A DNA stretch of 64,000 nucleotides from Candidatus Uhrbacteria bacterium RIFCSPLOWO2_01_FULL_47_17 (GTDB lineage Bacteria > Patescibacteriota > Patescibacteriia > UBA9934 > GWF2-40-263): positions 44,488 to 108,487 of the forward strand of contig MGEI01000005.1 of assembly GCA_001791305.1 (NCBI GenBank), written 5' to 3'. The notes beneath the pieces were generated by a model that was not told the DNA's origin, did not search any database, and saw only the letters and a program-made list of their open reading frames with translations. Shown here one piece after another: positions 1 through 10,398 of this stretch (position 1 is its first letter; every line of letters starts with the position of its first letter). Made by a program: the position numbers and the translations under genes.

Positions 1-3000
1 GAAGGTGACACTCACGTGTTTGCTTCCGAGTCCTTGGACATCACCAGAATCAAATCCATTCACGTTAAATTTGCCATCCGTTTTTTCTGAACAAGCACTT
101 CCAACACAGTTACCAATGGAAGTAATCACTGGCGGTTTGGAACCGTTTGCGGTTGCGCGCTGATCCCACAACCAGTCTGCAGGAGCTGGAGAAAGTTTTT
201 CATATTTTCCGTATGGTTTAGTAGGGTCTGCAGATACAATAACAACATCCTTAAATCCATCGTCAAAATTATGTATTGATAACGATCTCGCAAAAATCTG
301 TTGCAAGCGTGCTCGGGCATCTGCGGGATTAAATCCGCCGATGGTCGTCTTTCCTTCGATTGCTTCTTTATCCGTACAATAAGATCCAAACGTAAAGAAT
401 CCATCTTTCAAAACCAACGTGCTTCGACACACATTCACAACACAATCTGTATCCCCCATACACGCTTGGTTGTTTTTTGGTCCACCGTTACATGTTCCTG
501 CCTCTGCTTTACAGACTCCTTTTCCTATATCGCAATCCGTTTTTTGTTGTGCAGACATACACGTCTTTGTATCCTCTGTTCCTCCAACACACGTTGCTTT
601 CGTATTTTTACATGTTGGTGCAGAACCCTCACCTTTCGTATTACAGTCTGTTGCGCCCGTACTTACCTCACAAGAACAATCTGCGTTTTTACAATATGAG
701 GTTTGTCCCGTAACAGCGAACTGCGGCGGAAGCAGAGAGAATGATCCATATGCACGTGCTTCATTTGGTGTTGTTGGTGGTTTTCCATCGTCACATGTTC
801 CGTCTGCTTTTGGAAATTTATCCCCTCCAGCTCCACACATAAAAATTCGCATTGGATCTGGATCTTTATTTGCATTCTTTGCTCCAAGATCCAATGTTTG
901 TCCATAAATGACAAGTGGAGATGTGACTGTATATCCAAGATGGGAATCAACGGATCCATTAGCTTCTTGAATGGCGTACTTGTTATTTACATTCTGCCAA
1001 ACACGATCTGTCCAAGCTGCGTTATAAACACCACTTTGCAAACTCGTTGCACCAACTTGAGCGATCGTCTGACATGCCGCGTAAGATTTGGCGTTCAAAT
1101 TAAATCCGCGATAACTTTCTGAACCATCAGCACCGCTCCCTTTACTTGCCACACCGGATGGAGATTCTGTTCCCAAATAATTTGTGAGGCTTGCTGCATC
1201 TGTTACACCCTTTACCACACAGTCTGCATAAAACTTCTTTGCCGTCTCCCATTTTGTTGCATCAGAAAAATACAACTTAACGTTCAATGGAGCAGGTCGT
1301 GTGACTGAAGTTTTTGTAATCGCAGTGTAATTCGGCACAGGATTGAGATCTGATGGATCTTCTCCTGGAAATTTACATGCCTGTCCTTCAAGGTCACCGC
1401 TTGTATGGTAAGAAAGTCTTGGAACACAGAAATATGGATAATCATCATCCCCGCCCTGTGTGCAGTAACCACTAGGAGCGACATCACCACAAGGTCCCAT
1501 GAAGGCAACATAGCCTTTCGGACACCAAATGTTTTTATGTGGCTCGTCATCTTGAAAGGCGTCTAATGTTTCTGCATCATTACAATTTCCATCATTGGTT
1601 TCCGCACAAGCATAATCATTCTGTCCGGTTGAGCGAAGGTCATACGCGATTCCTGGTTGTGCACAATAATACGTGCTCTTTGCGATTTGATATCCCGCGC
1701 TTGTTTCTTTTCCATAAAGATCCGTCGCACCCGCAAGCTGATCAACAGGCAACCAAGTGAGACAGGCTTGGTCTTTTGCGGCTGTACTTCCATTCAATTG
1801 GATGGAAGAATCTTTTTCCAAGCAGTATCCCTGCCAACCAAACATGGTGTTTGCCGCAGTCAACAACTGACAGGTGCCTGGATTCTTATTATCTGCTGTT
1901 GCGCAATCCGCATCAGATTTACACACACTTCCATCACTCACTCCCCCTGTACAAATTCCATCAGGAACTTTTCCCGTATCAACAAGGGAAAGATCTGTTG
2001 GATAGTAGCGTGTCTCTCCACCCTTTGCATAAATAGCTTTTGTATAGCTGCATGTGTTTACACAATGATCGGAGATAACCCATTGCTTTGAATCCTCATC
2101 AACATACGGCGTACAAACTTTTGATGCGTCATACCCGGCAACAAACTGCGAAGGAACCGAACGTTGTGTGGCGAGTGATGCATTTGCACCAAGATCTAAG
2201 TAGTCAGCGGCGGCATTCACTTCTGCTTTTTTTGTCGGATCAAACTTAGGATATACCTTCCAAAGTTTCACCACCTTCTGCGGAAACGGCGAATCAATCT
2301 CTGGGTATCCGCGACAGGATTGTGCGTAATCCGCCAAATCTTTTGTGACCGGCTCTGGGAATCCGTCATTGTTTGCATCACGAATACCCGTCACGCAACG
2401 GTCGTTAAAGCAGTTTCCTGACGTCGTGGTTGCAATGGGAATACAGGCGTGTCCGGCATGTTCTTTACAATCGCTTGTTGCAGAACAGCTTCCAATTTTC
2501 GAGACACAAACTCCGCGGACGGTATTACAAAAAGGCGTGTCCATTCCTCCGTTCGCTTCGGTAAGAGCACAATCTGCATCTACCTGACACGAACAGTTCA
2601 AATCTGCATTTTTCTTACAAGGCTCTGATCCGTCAGGTAATGTTGTGATCGATACTGATCCATCAATCGAACAATATCCCTTCTGACAGGTTCCACTCTT
2701 ACAGTCGTTATCTACGGCACACGAACCACTTCCGTCTGTACACTTACCAACAATACAGGCAGAGCCATCTCCAGCCTTCTTTGAATCACAGGATCCTGCA
2801 TTAAAGACCAATCGGTAATCCGGTGAAGCTTCTACACAATCCCCGCCAAAGGCAACACAGCCTGATGAGTCGCTACAAGTTATCTTATTGTTATTTTCAC
2901 ACCACATCTTTGGATTCACATTGAACTGACTGAATTGCTCCACTGGCAACTGGTGTGGGATTTCGTATCCGGAAAAATCCGTTCCCGCCCAGCTGACATC

Positions 3001-6000
3001 ACGGGACGCATACAATTGTTCTGTCATGACAAGCGCCGGGCGTTCTGTCCAAGACTGACATTGTGCTTGGTCTCCTTGAGAACCAACTTGCGTACACAAA
3101 TTTACGGAATCGCAAATTTGAATGTATTTGTTTGCATTTGGATCCCACGTTGTACGCGCACTGTCACACGCAAGCCAAGCAGCGCACGTACGATCACGAT
3201 TCACTTTCAAAACCGTGTTCGCATCATCTGCAACTCGTTGCGTGACTTGCGCACACGCCGTTGCCTTCAGTTCATTTCCTAACTTTGTTTTCAACGTTGG
3301 ACAATCTGAAACCATAAGACAAGAACGCTCGTAGCCTGTCGTGACTGTGGCGCCTGGGACGGTCGTCAGTCCGGGGGACAACAAACTATCATTCAAGGCA
3401 ATCTTGTACTCACAGCGTCGCGCACACAAATCAACCGATGTTGCACTTCCGAGACCAATTTGTTGGGCAGCGTCTGCGCTGACCGTAAACACGCCTTGGT
3501 TTTGCTTACAACTAATTGGATCTACCAAACTATTTTGCGACTTGCTGAGCAGAAGATCTGCGTGAAGCGACAAAACGTAGCTTGCGCTTGAGCTGTATTT
3601 GAGTTGTGAAACGGTTGTGTTGTTGAATAACGCACATCCACCTTTTTGCCCAACTTTTCCTTCACACTTTTGCGAAGCACTCACCGTATTTTCAGACAAC
3701 TTATCATTATTGATCACAAAATACGACTTTCCTTTTCCGTGATTCTCTGAACTTGTATCCGTTGCATCTTGAAATTCTGTACAACGATTTGCTGCAGTTT
3801 CACACGCACCAATCCAACCGTCATATGCAGCGTCTCCATTTTTCCAAATCTGTGCTTGATCGCCAGCAACAAGGTAGGCGTTGTCAGAAGCTGGATCGAA
3901 CTTGCCGTTTGCGTTTTTGTCTGTCCAATAACATGGCTCAGATTTTCCGGAACGGAACCAGCCCTTAAACGTTTTTCCAGCAATGTTTACGGACGTTTTA
4001 TACTCACATGTTTTGTTGAGTGGATCCTTAAAGTAGAAGTTTCCATCTTTTGTAGAAGAAAACTCGTCACAGAACAATGCCTGGTTCTCACACAAAATAT
4101 TTTTGTAATCATCCGGAGTATCCATGACGTACTTCGAATCAAACTTGGTCACCGTCTTCAAGTCTTGAGCGTACGTTGGCGCACCGACTTCTTTACATCC
4201 TTTAAACTCAACAGAACATTGTGCACTGCCGTTATCTACCAAGTAGATGGATTGATCTTGTGGAGTGACGACCGTTTCTGGACCATAGACAATTCCAAAC
4301 TTCGCATCTGAAGGCAATGGATCTTGGAACACTTGTTTTGTTGAAAAGACACAATAATTTTGCCCAGAACTAATCGTACAGTACGTTGTTCCGTTCACGA
4401 TACACGCCACGTTTCCAACCGCTGCTTTTCCATTCGGAAGTGTGCCTACAGGAGTATTCGCAGGAACACCAGCCGCGCCCAAATTCACACAACGCGCGTT
4501 CGCCACCTGACCAGAGGCAGAATCCGAATTAAACGTATTGTAATACGCCGAACATCCAATCACGTTTTCGGAACAAATATTTGAGAACTGATAATAGCTT
4601 CCCTCAACACCTTTACGATCTGTATACGCTTTACATCCCAAATAATATTGCGGAGCGGCCGCACCGTCTGGAGATTGGTCACAAACCGCTGGAGTGACCC
4701 AAGAATCTTTGATGCGTGTAATGTGTTCTTCTGTTTCTGTGAGTCGGATGTTATCAATGAAGAACGTTTTTTGGGATTTTGTGGTGAAGAACAGCGTTGC
4801 GTCTTTGTTGAATGCCGCAAAACTGTTTGTGTCCATTGGACCCACGTTATACACGTCCCATGTGTTTGAAAGCGGCAAGTCTTGTACGAAATAATGCTTC
4901 GCGCCATTATTTGCATCTTGGAATCCGGCAGAAAGAGTTCCCGAGCCCTTTGCCCAGAACTGCATGATGTACACTTTTCCTTTCGCCAAGCTTGACGAAA
5001 GCGTTGCATTTGCCGTTCTCACACCTGTGTCGTCTCCGGACGCAAATACAGACAACGAGTGTCCTCCGGACGCAATGGAATCATTGCTTAATGATGGCGT
5101 GCTTGTGGTGGTTGCTGTGAAGGCCGCATAGGTTCCACCTTCAAATGTTTCATTCAAAATCGTCGCAGCATTACGCGCCGCTCCACCTGTATATTCACGA
5201 CAACCGTTCTCTGCCGCAGAACAAACTTTGGATTCTTTTTGTAATCCAAAGTATCGGCAGAAGCCTTGAGCCGTCCAGAATCCACCGGATGCCTTACAGT
5301 CGAGTGCCGTCGAAGTGTTTTTGCGATAAGCTGTACAAGCAGAATCAACCGTAACGGTTTTTGAGAAGAGGCGATAATGAACATCTCCCGTGCTATCAAA
5401 GAATTCTCGACAATCTGCGTTCGTAAAAATATCTGCGTGTGACTTACAGGTTGGCTCAACCGGAACCGGGTTCACATCCGCACACTTCACCGAACTTTCA
5501 CTTTCTACATTTGGCGTGATACATGGCGCAAGATTCACATTCGACTGTAACAATTGCCATGTCTTCAACTGAAAACCAGATGTATCCGAACCTTCCCACG
5601 TAAAATACGTAGCCGATGTCTTTTCTGGCGTTGCAATTGCCATCTCTCCCGTCAAACACGCACGCAAATTTGTGTAGTGCTCTTGTGTTTCCCCACCGTT
5701 TGTTCCGAGTTTTGTGAATCCATCACATCCAACCGCGTTCTTCGAACACACACCGGCTTTATCCGCAATAAAATACACGGGGAATTTAGCGGGTTCATAG
5801 CGCGTGCCTTCTTGTCGATACGCATCATATCCAACACAAACATTCGGACACGCGTCGAGCGCAGATGCGATCGCCGGAACCGCTGGACCGGATTCTTTTG
5901 GCGTATACAAATTACATCCAACATCTTGTGCGGAACAAACTTGCGTATACGCAGCACATTCTTTTGGATCTGATGCGAGGCCCTTGCATCCGAGGTACGC

Positions 6001-8706
6001 CGGCGGAAGTTTCAGATAAGCTTTTTGCGGGGTTGTTACGTTATAACCATCCCCAAACGTCGACGCGACTTCGCCGGATTCAAGTTGAACCGCATCGAAA
6101 CGAACATTCGGACTGTTTGTGCTTCCGATTAAACGAACCCTAACCAAATTCACGTTCTGTGGAGCTGTAAATGTGCAGGTGAAACGTTTCCAATTGCCTA
6201 TCGTGGCATTCGCGGAAATGGTATATCCTGAGACGAATTGTTGACCAACTGTATCTTTTATACAGTCTCCACCCGAAGAAAGTCCTGTAATGTTTATCGC
6301 AGCACCTGTTATATCGAAAGGCTGAAGAACAACCTGAAAATCAGATCCTATATTATCAGTCGCTGTTGTATATGTACTAAATGTAAAAAAACTCTTTGGT
6401 GTGATTAAAATAGATTGATTGATTTCTCCATCTAATTTTGCACTTTTTGATCCATCCACAGCTGTAACAGAATCTACATTCGGATTTGAAACTGCTAAAT
6501 GGGACCATAAATCTGGTTTTCCATTTTGATCTTCATCTTTTTCAAAACTTCCGTTTTGTACCAAGTTCAACGCGAGTTTACTGTCTTTCACATTCAACTC
6601 CGTACAACCCGCCTGCTCTTGATCACATTTCTTTGCGCTGTGCGTCAAATACAAACGGTCTTGGTAAGCATAATCCGTTTGTTTTGTTTTTTGAATGTTT
6701 GGGACAAAGGGTGTGGATCCTGCATATTTCATGGAAGAATTTTGTACTCCAACATCAAACGGAATCGTTCCGTTGTACCATTGAAACACGCCTTTTGCGT
6801 CCGCGGATTTTTGTGTTTTGCTCCAAGAACATCCTGCATTTTGCTTTGTGCAATTTGCGTTATCAACTGTATTCAACAAAAATGAATTTGCTTTTCCTGT
6901 TTTTGTATTTTGCAACATGAGACAGGTTGCATATTGCGCAGGACATTCGTCACCCTTTACACGCCAAATATTTTTTTCTTCCACACAGTAACCGAATCCT
7001 TGCGTACATTTTCCTGTGTTGTCTTCTCCAATACACGTTGGCGTATCCGCACAGACGTTTTGTCGTCCCGGCGCCTGCGCACTCACGCGAATTTCTCCAT
7101 TCACCGATGCACGACATTGCGTTTCTGGTGCTTTCAGTACCCAGTTTGGATCAATCAAGTGGTACCACAGTGATTTCGGATCATAAAACCCAGCCACAAT
7201 ATCCGACAAAGACGTTGGATTGCTGAGCGAATTTTTATCCGCCGCAAGCTCCCAACCAATCGAAATAATGCGCGCTTTGCGAAGCTTCACCAAGTTTCCA
7301 TAACAAAAACCGTAGGTATAACAAAGACGATCCTGGTTTGCCGCAATATTTTTTGAAGAAATGAGAGGCCAATCGCCTTTCAGCACTTTTTGGTCAATCG
7401 CTTCTTGCACCGTAAGCGCTGCCGCACTGCCTCCGCGACTAATCGCAGACACAACACTCGCATCGATCACACAGGAATTTAATCCTCTGTTTCCCGTTCC
7501 TTCCGGTAAACATTGGGTAAACTCTCCCAATAAATCGAATTGTAAGTTTGCAACGGGTGTTGCGGTAAAAATTCCACCTAAGTCCGCTTTATTTGCGTCC
7601 GTGTTTCCACCCGATCCAACCGCGAGCTCAGCATTAAACGGATCGAAGTTGTCAGGTTTTGGAGAAAACAACCCTTTATAGACGCGATTGAACAGTTGGG
7701 ATGTGAGGGTGTTCGTAAACGTAGAAACAGACATGTTCAAAAGCCCGTACCAAACATCCGGGTTTGCAATAATATCTGCTGTTTTCACTTTATTTTCATC
7801 ATTGTCTGCCGCTTTCAACTTTTTATCAAAATCTTTTGCAACGATGGCGGCCGGCGTTTTTGTTTCTCCGGTCACAAGATCTTTCACATCTGTAAAACCA
7901 CCAATCGATTTACTTGCATTTTGCTCCACAACTTTTTGATCAGCTATTTTTGCGGACTTCTCATAGGTATGGCTCAGAAACCCAATGGACGCACCGAGTT
8001 GGTTGCTTCCTGGACGCAAGCCTTCCGAAAGTTTGTTGAACAGAAATTTTTCCGCCGCGTCTTTGTCATTCGTAAGAAGTGCTTTTGTATCCGAGACAAT
8101 TTGACCCCACGCCCCATTCACTTGATCAAAATCACAACGTGGTTTTGTTGGAGTGTAGTTTTGTTTAATACTCAACTGAAGATTTAAACGAATCATTGGA
8201 TTTGGCGGAACACACAAATCTAACCCAAAACTGGATTTTGAAATATCGCTCAAATTCGCATACGCCTGTCCTCCAATATCTTTTCCGAAACTTTTCCATG
8301 CTTCTGTTGCGCTCTTTCTATAAAACATGGATCCTTCCCCGGGACCGCCGTTTGCCACGTACACAGCCGCTTCATAGGCAATTCGGTTACTTGCATACGA
8401 CACAAAATCCACAAGCGCTTTTATCGCAACCATTTTGAGTGCTGGGGTGATTAACCCATCCCACATCGCACTAATAGCGCCAGAAATACCACCCCCCGGA
8501 CAAACAGAGGGAGTTGCACCTGTGGTTAAACAAGCTGTTTTCGAGGCTTCAGCGGCAACCTTCGTTGGTGCCGTTACAGGGTTGTCCGCAGCAAATACGG
8601 GTGACGGCGCTGACAAAGCAAGTCCGCTCGAAACAATCCCGATCAAAAAAACAAAGACAAGCCCACGGCCGATCCATTGTCGTTTTTTCTTGAAAGGTTG
8701 CAACAT
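1..8706 (-). CDS. Giant secreted or surface Cys-rich protein, 3' end truncated by the window (at least 2902 aa)
   Basis: ATG at 8706 gives MLQPFKKKRQWIGRGLVFVFLIGIVSSGLALSAPSPVFA (signal peptide). The same frame reads open wherever I spot-checked it, including ALNLVQNGSFEKDEDQNGKPDLW (CBM-like) near 6540 and ...GNCVGSACSEKTDGKFNVNGFDSGDVQGLGSKHVSVTF at position 1. It is absent from the ORF track, as expected if there is no in-frame stop before the window edge. Confidence 0.85.
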   Translation of the reverse strand, partial: MLQPFKKKRQWIGRGLVFVFLIGIVSSGLALSAPSPVFAADNPVTAPTKVAAEASKTACLTTGATPSVCPGGGISGAISAMWDGLITPALKMVAIKALVDFVSYASNRIAYEAAVYVANGGPGEGSMFYRKSATEAWKSFGKDIGGQAYANLSDISKSSFGLDLCVPPNPMIRLNLQLSIKQNYTPTKPRCDFDQVNGAWGQIVSDTKALLTNDKDAAEKFLFNKLSEGLRPGSNQLGASIGFLSHTYEKSAKIADQKVVEQNASKSIGGFTDVKDLVTGETKTPAAIVAKDFDKKLKAADNDENKVKTADIIANPDVWYGLLNMSVSTFTNTLTSQLFNRVYKGLFSPKPDNFDPFNAELAVGSGGNTDANKADLGGIFTATPVANLQFDLLGEFTQCLPEGTGNRGLNSCVIDASVVSAISRGGSAAALTVQEAIDQKVLKGDWPLISSKNIAANQDRLCYTYGFCYGNLVKLRKARIISIGWELAADKNSLSNPTSLSDIVAGFYDPKSLWYHLIDPNWVLKAPETQCRASVNGEIRVSAQAPGRQNVCADTPTCIGEDNTGKCTQGFGYCVEEKNIWRVKGDECPAQYATCLMLQNTKTGKANSFLLNTVDNANCTKQNAGCSWSKTQKSADAKGVFQWYNGTIPFDVGVQNSSMKYAGSTPFVPNIQKTKQTDYAYQDRLYLTHSAKKCDQEQAGCTELNVKDSKLALNLVQNGSFEKDEDQNGKPDLWSHLAVSNPNVDSVTAVDGSKSAKLDGEINQSILITPKSFFTFSTYTTATDNIGSDFQVVLQPFDITGAAINITGLSSGGDCIKDTVGQQFVSGYTISANATIGNWKRFTCTFTAPQNVNLVRVRLIGSTNSPNVRFDAVQLESGEVASTFGDGYNVTTPQKAYLKLPPAYLGCKGLASDPKECAAYTQVCSAQDVGCNLYTPKESGPAVPAIASALDACPNVCVGYDAYRQEGTRYEPAKFPVYFIADKAGVCSKNAVGCDGFTKLGTNGGETQEHYTNLRACLTGEMAIATPEKTSATYFTWEGSDTSGFQLKTWQLLQSNVNLAPCITPNVESESSVKCADVNPVPVEPTCKSHADIFTNADCREFFDSTGDVHYRLFSKTVTVDSACTAYRKNTSTALDCKASGGFWTAQGFCRYFGLQKESKVCSAAENGCREYTGGAARNAATILNETFEGGTYAAFTATTTSTPSLSNDSIASGGHSLSVFASGDDTGVRTANATLSSSLAKGKVYIMQFWAKGSGTLSAGFQDANNGAKHYFVQDLPLSNTWDVYNVGPMDTNSFAAFNKDATLFFTTKSQKTFFIDNIRLTETEEHITRIKDSWVTPAVCDQSPDGAAAPQYYLGCKAYTDRKGVEGSYYQFSNICSENVIGCSAYYNTFNSDSASGQVANARCVNLGAAGVPANTPVGTLPNGKAAVGNVACIVNGTTYCTISSGQNYCVFSTKQVFQDPLPSDAKFGIVYGPETVVTPQDQSIYLVDNGSAQCSVEFKGCKEVGAPTYAQDLKTVTKFDSKYVMDTPDDYKNILCENQALFCDEFSSTKDGNFYFKDPLNKTCEYKTSVNIAGKTFKGWFRSGKSEPCYWTDKNANGKFDPASDNAYLVAGDQAQIWKNGDAAYDGWIGACETAANRCTEFQDATDTSSENHGKGKSYFVINNDKLSENTVSASQKCEGKVGQKGGCALFNNTTVSQLKYSSSASYVLSLHADLLLSKSQNSLVDPISCKQNQGVFTVSADAAQQIGLGSATSVDLCARRCEYKIALNDSLLSPGLTTVPGATVTTGYERSCLMVSDCPTLKTKLGNELKATACAQVTQRVADDANTVLKVNRDRTCAAWLACDSARTTWDPNANKYIQICDSVNLCTQVGSQGDQAQCQSWTERPALVMTEQLYASRDVSWAGTDFSGYEIPHQLPVEQFSQFNVNPKMWCENNNKITCSDSSGCVAFGGDCVEASPDYRLVFNAGSCDSKKAGDGSACIVGKCTDGSGSCAVDNDCKSGTCQKGYCSIDGSVSITTLPDGSEPCKKNADLNCSCQVDADCALTEANGGMDTPFCNTVRGVCVSKIGSCSATSDCKEHAGHACIPIATTTSGNCFNDRCVTGIRDANNDGFPEPVTKDLADYAQSCRGYPEIDSPFPQKVVKLWKVYPKFDPTKKAEVNAAADYLDLGANASLATQRSVPSQFVAGYDASKVCTPYVDEDSKQWVISDHCVNTCSYTKAIYAKGGETRYYPTDLSLVDTGKVPDGICTGGVSDGSVCKSDADCATADNKNPGTCQLLTAANTMFGWQGYCLEKDSSIQLNGSTAAKDQACLTWLPVDQLAGATDLYGKETSAGYQIAKSTYYCAQPGIAYDLRSTGQNDYACAETNDGNCNDAETLDAFQDDEPHKNIWCPKGYVAFMGPCGDVAPSGYCTQGGDDDYPYFCVPRLSYHTSGDLEGQACKFPGEDPSDLNPVPNYTAITKTSVTRPAPLNVKLYFSDATKWETAKKFYADCVVKGVTDAASLTNYLGTESPSGVASKGSGADGSESYRGFNLNAKSYAACQTIAQVGATSLQSGVYNAAWTDRVWQNVNNKYAIQEANGSVDSHLGYTVTSPLVIYGQTLDLGAKNANKDPDPMRIFMCGAGGDKFPKADGTCDDGKPPTTPNEARAYGSFSLLPPQFAVTGQTSYCKNADCSCEVSTGATDCNTKGEGSAPTCKNTKATCVGGTEDTKTCMSAQQKTDCDIGKGVCKAEAGTCNGGPKNNQACMGDTDCVVNVCRSTLVLKDGFFTFGSYCTDKEAIEGKTTIGGFNPADARARLQQIFARSLSIHNFDDGFKDVVIVSADPTKPYGKYEKLSPAPADWLWDQRATANGSKPPVITSIGNCVGSACSEKTDGKFNVNGFDSGDVQGLGSKHVSVTF

Positions 8707-8712
8707 ACGTTT

Positions 8713-9438
8713 CTATGGCTTGGAAGTTTCCGTTGTTGCGCTTGCGGAACCAGACGCACCACCGGTTGTTAACGAATCAAATTTTCCTTCGGCAGAGGCT
8801 TGACCGATCGCTTGTTCAAAGAGTTTCTGCAAGTCTTCATCGGAAATTTTATCCACCTCTTCTTTTTTCACGCCAGATTGAATGAGGGCGGCACGAATTT
8901 CTGTAGCAGTTGCAGCTTTAAAAAACTTTTGGACATCTTCTTTATTTTGAAATTTGAGTTGACCGGATTGTAAAATCGCTTCATTTCCAGGTGTTGAACC
9001 CAAGAAATCTTGGGGAGATGTTGAATCAACGTTTGCCGTCTCTCCCAAAGAGACACAATTCTTTCCAACAGGACAATTTGGATCTGTTCCGGCAAAGACT
9101 TCTGTTTTGTCATCAGTCGCGTCAGAATCTGAGTCTCTCAGATACGGACTTGTTTTATACACGTACAACTCATCATAATCTGAGAGTCCGTCTATGTCTG
9201 TATCTTTCTTTTTTTGTTCTTCAATTTCTTTTGAATCTTTTGCGTTTGGGTTCACTACATCCTCACCCGTGTAATACTTTGCGAATTGTTGTTGAATAGG
9301 GCGGTAAAGATGAGAACCAAATGATCGAAACCCAAAAATAATTCCCCCAAACCCCAAAAAAACTAAAAGAGCAAAAGCAATTTTTTGCTCCGCTTGTAAT
9401 GCCGACGGTGGACGATTTTGAATTCTCCGTGTGGCCAT
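8713..9438 (-). CDS. Membrane-anchored protein with Ca-binding DxDxDG (thrombospondin type 3-like) repeats
   Basis: N-terminal TM helix (IAFALLVFLGFGGIIFGF), then DTDIDGLSDYDE...DSDSDATDDKTE. Start moved to the ATG at 9438 because the longer ORF runs through a REP palindrome. Confidence 0.75.
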   Translation of the reverse strand: MATRRIQNRPPSALQAEQKIAFALLVFLGFGGIIFGFRSFGSHLYRPIQQQFAKYYTGEDVVNPNAKDSKEIEEQKKKDTDIDGLSDYDELYVYKTSPYLRDSDSDATDDKTEVFAGTDPNCPVGKNCVSLGETANVDSTSPQDFLGSTPGNEAILQSGQLKFQNKEDVQKFFKAATATEIRAALIQSGVKKEEVDKISDEDLQKLFEQAIGQASAEGKFDSLTTGGASGSASATTETSKP

Positions 9439-9506
9439 AAGTTGTGAGGATATTATAGCAGGAGACGCGTGTCGCTGGTAGCGAGTCGTTGGGGACAAAC
9501 ACGCGT

Positions 9507-9538
9507 TCGTAGGGGAGGGTCGCGACCCTCCCCTACGA
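9507..9538. repeat. GTAG-type REP-like palindrome
   Basis: Perfect 32-bp palindrome TCGTAGGGGAGGGTCG|CGACCCTCCCCTACGA. Confidence 0.8.
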
Positions 9539-9570
9539 CACAAAAACAAAACAGGAAATTCATTCCTGTT

Positions 9571-10359
9571 TTATGTGTTCATCATTTGTTCCAACTTCGT
9601 CCATTGTTCAATGGTGAGATTCTCTGCACGCACTCGGGGATCAAGCTCAAGCGCAATGAAATACGATTTCACATCATCACTCGTAGCTTCAGGCTTTCGT
9701 ACGCGTAAATAAGGCAAAAGATTATGATGTAACTGCTTCCTACGCGACACAAACCCCATTTTTGCAAGCGCAATAATGCGCTCGGCAGATGGATCAGAAT
9801 TCTGTTTCAAGTCGAACTGCACAACAGCAGAATCCACCTTTGGAATAGGCCGAAACGAACCCGCCTTCACATTTACCACCCTTGAACAATCCGCATAAAG
9901 TCGGCAGACAACCGACAACAGACTCATCTGCGGAGGTTTCGCCACGATCCGATCCGCCACCTCACGCTGAACCATAAGAATCATCCGGGTTGGTCTAGGT
10001 GATTGCGTTAGAAATTTCTCAATAATAGGTGAAGTGATGTTGTATGGGATATTCGCGATCAGTTTGAAATTGCGATCCTCGACGGGCAGTTTCTCGAGAC
10101 GAAGAATATCTCCTTCAATAAGCTCAATCTTGTCACCAAAGTGCTTTACGAGCGGTTCGATCAAGTCATGATCAAGCTCGACGGCAACGACGCGTGCTTT
10201 CGAGCCAACAAGTGCCTGCGTGAGAAGTCCTGTTCCGGGACCAATTTCGAGGACACTCTCCCCTTTCTTCAAATCTGCGGCAAACAAAATCTTATCGACC
10301 ACAGATTGGTCGATCAAAAAATTCTGTCCGTAGGATTTTTTTGCGCGTGGCAATCCCAT
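9571..10359 (-). CDS. rsmA: 16S rRNA (adenine-N6)-dimethyltransferase
   Basis: AKKSYGQNFL, VLEIGPGTG, ANIPYNIT and FRPIPKVDS motifs of KsgA/RsmA. Confidence 0.96.
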   Translation of the reverse strand: MGLPRAKKSYGQNFLIDQSVVDKILFAADLKKGESVLEIGPGTGLLTQALVGSKARVVAVELDHDLIEPLVKHFGDKIELIEGDILRLEKLPVEDRNFKLIANIPYNITSPIIEKFLTQSPRPTRMILMVQREVADRIVAKPPQMSLLSVVCRLYADCSRVVNVKAGSFRPIPKVDSAVVQFDLKQNSDPSAERIIALAKMGFVSRRKQLHHNLLPYLRVRKPEATSDDVKSYFIALELDPRVRAENLTIEQWTKLEQMMNT

Positions 10360-10366
10360 ATCGCAT

Positions 10367-10396
10367 TCGTAGGGGCGGGGCATGACCCGCCCCTAC
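10367..10396. repeat. GTAG-type REP-like palindrome
   Basis: TCGTAGGGGCGGGGCATGACCCGCCCCTAC, related to the 9507 copy. Confidence 0.75.
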
Positions 10397-10398
10397 AT

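Noticed and set aside
126-8803. Many short ORFs on both strands
   Set aside because: Shadows or off-frame fragments of the giant minus-strand ORF.
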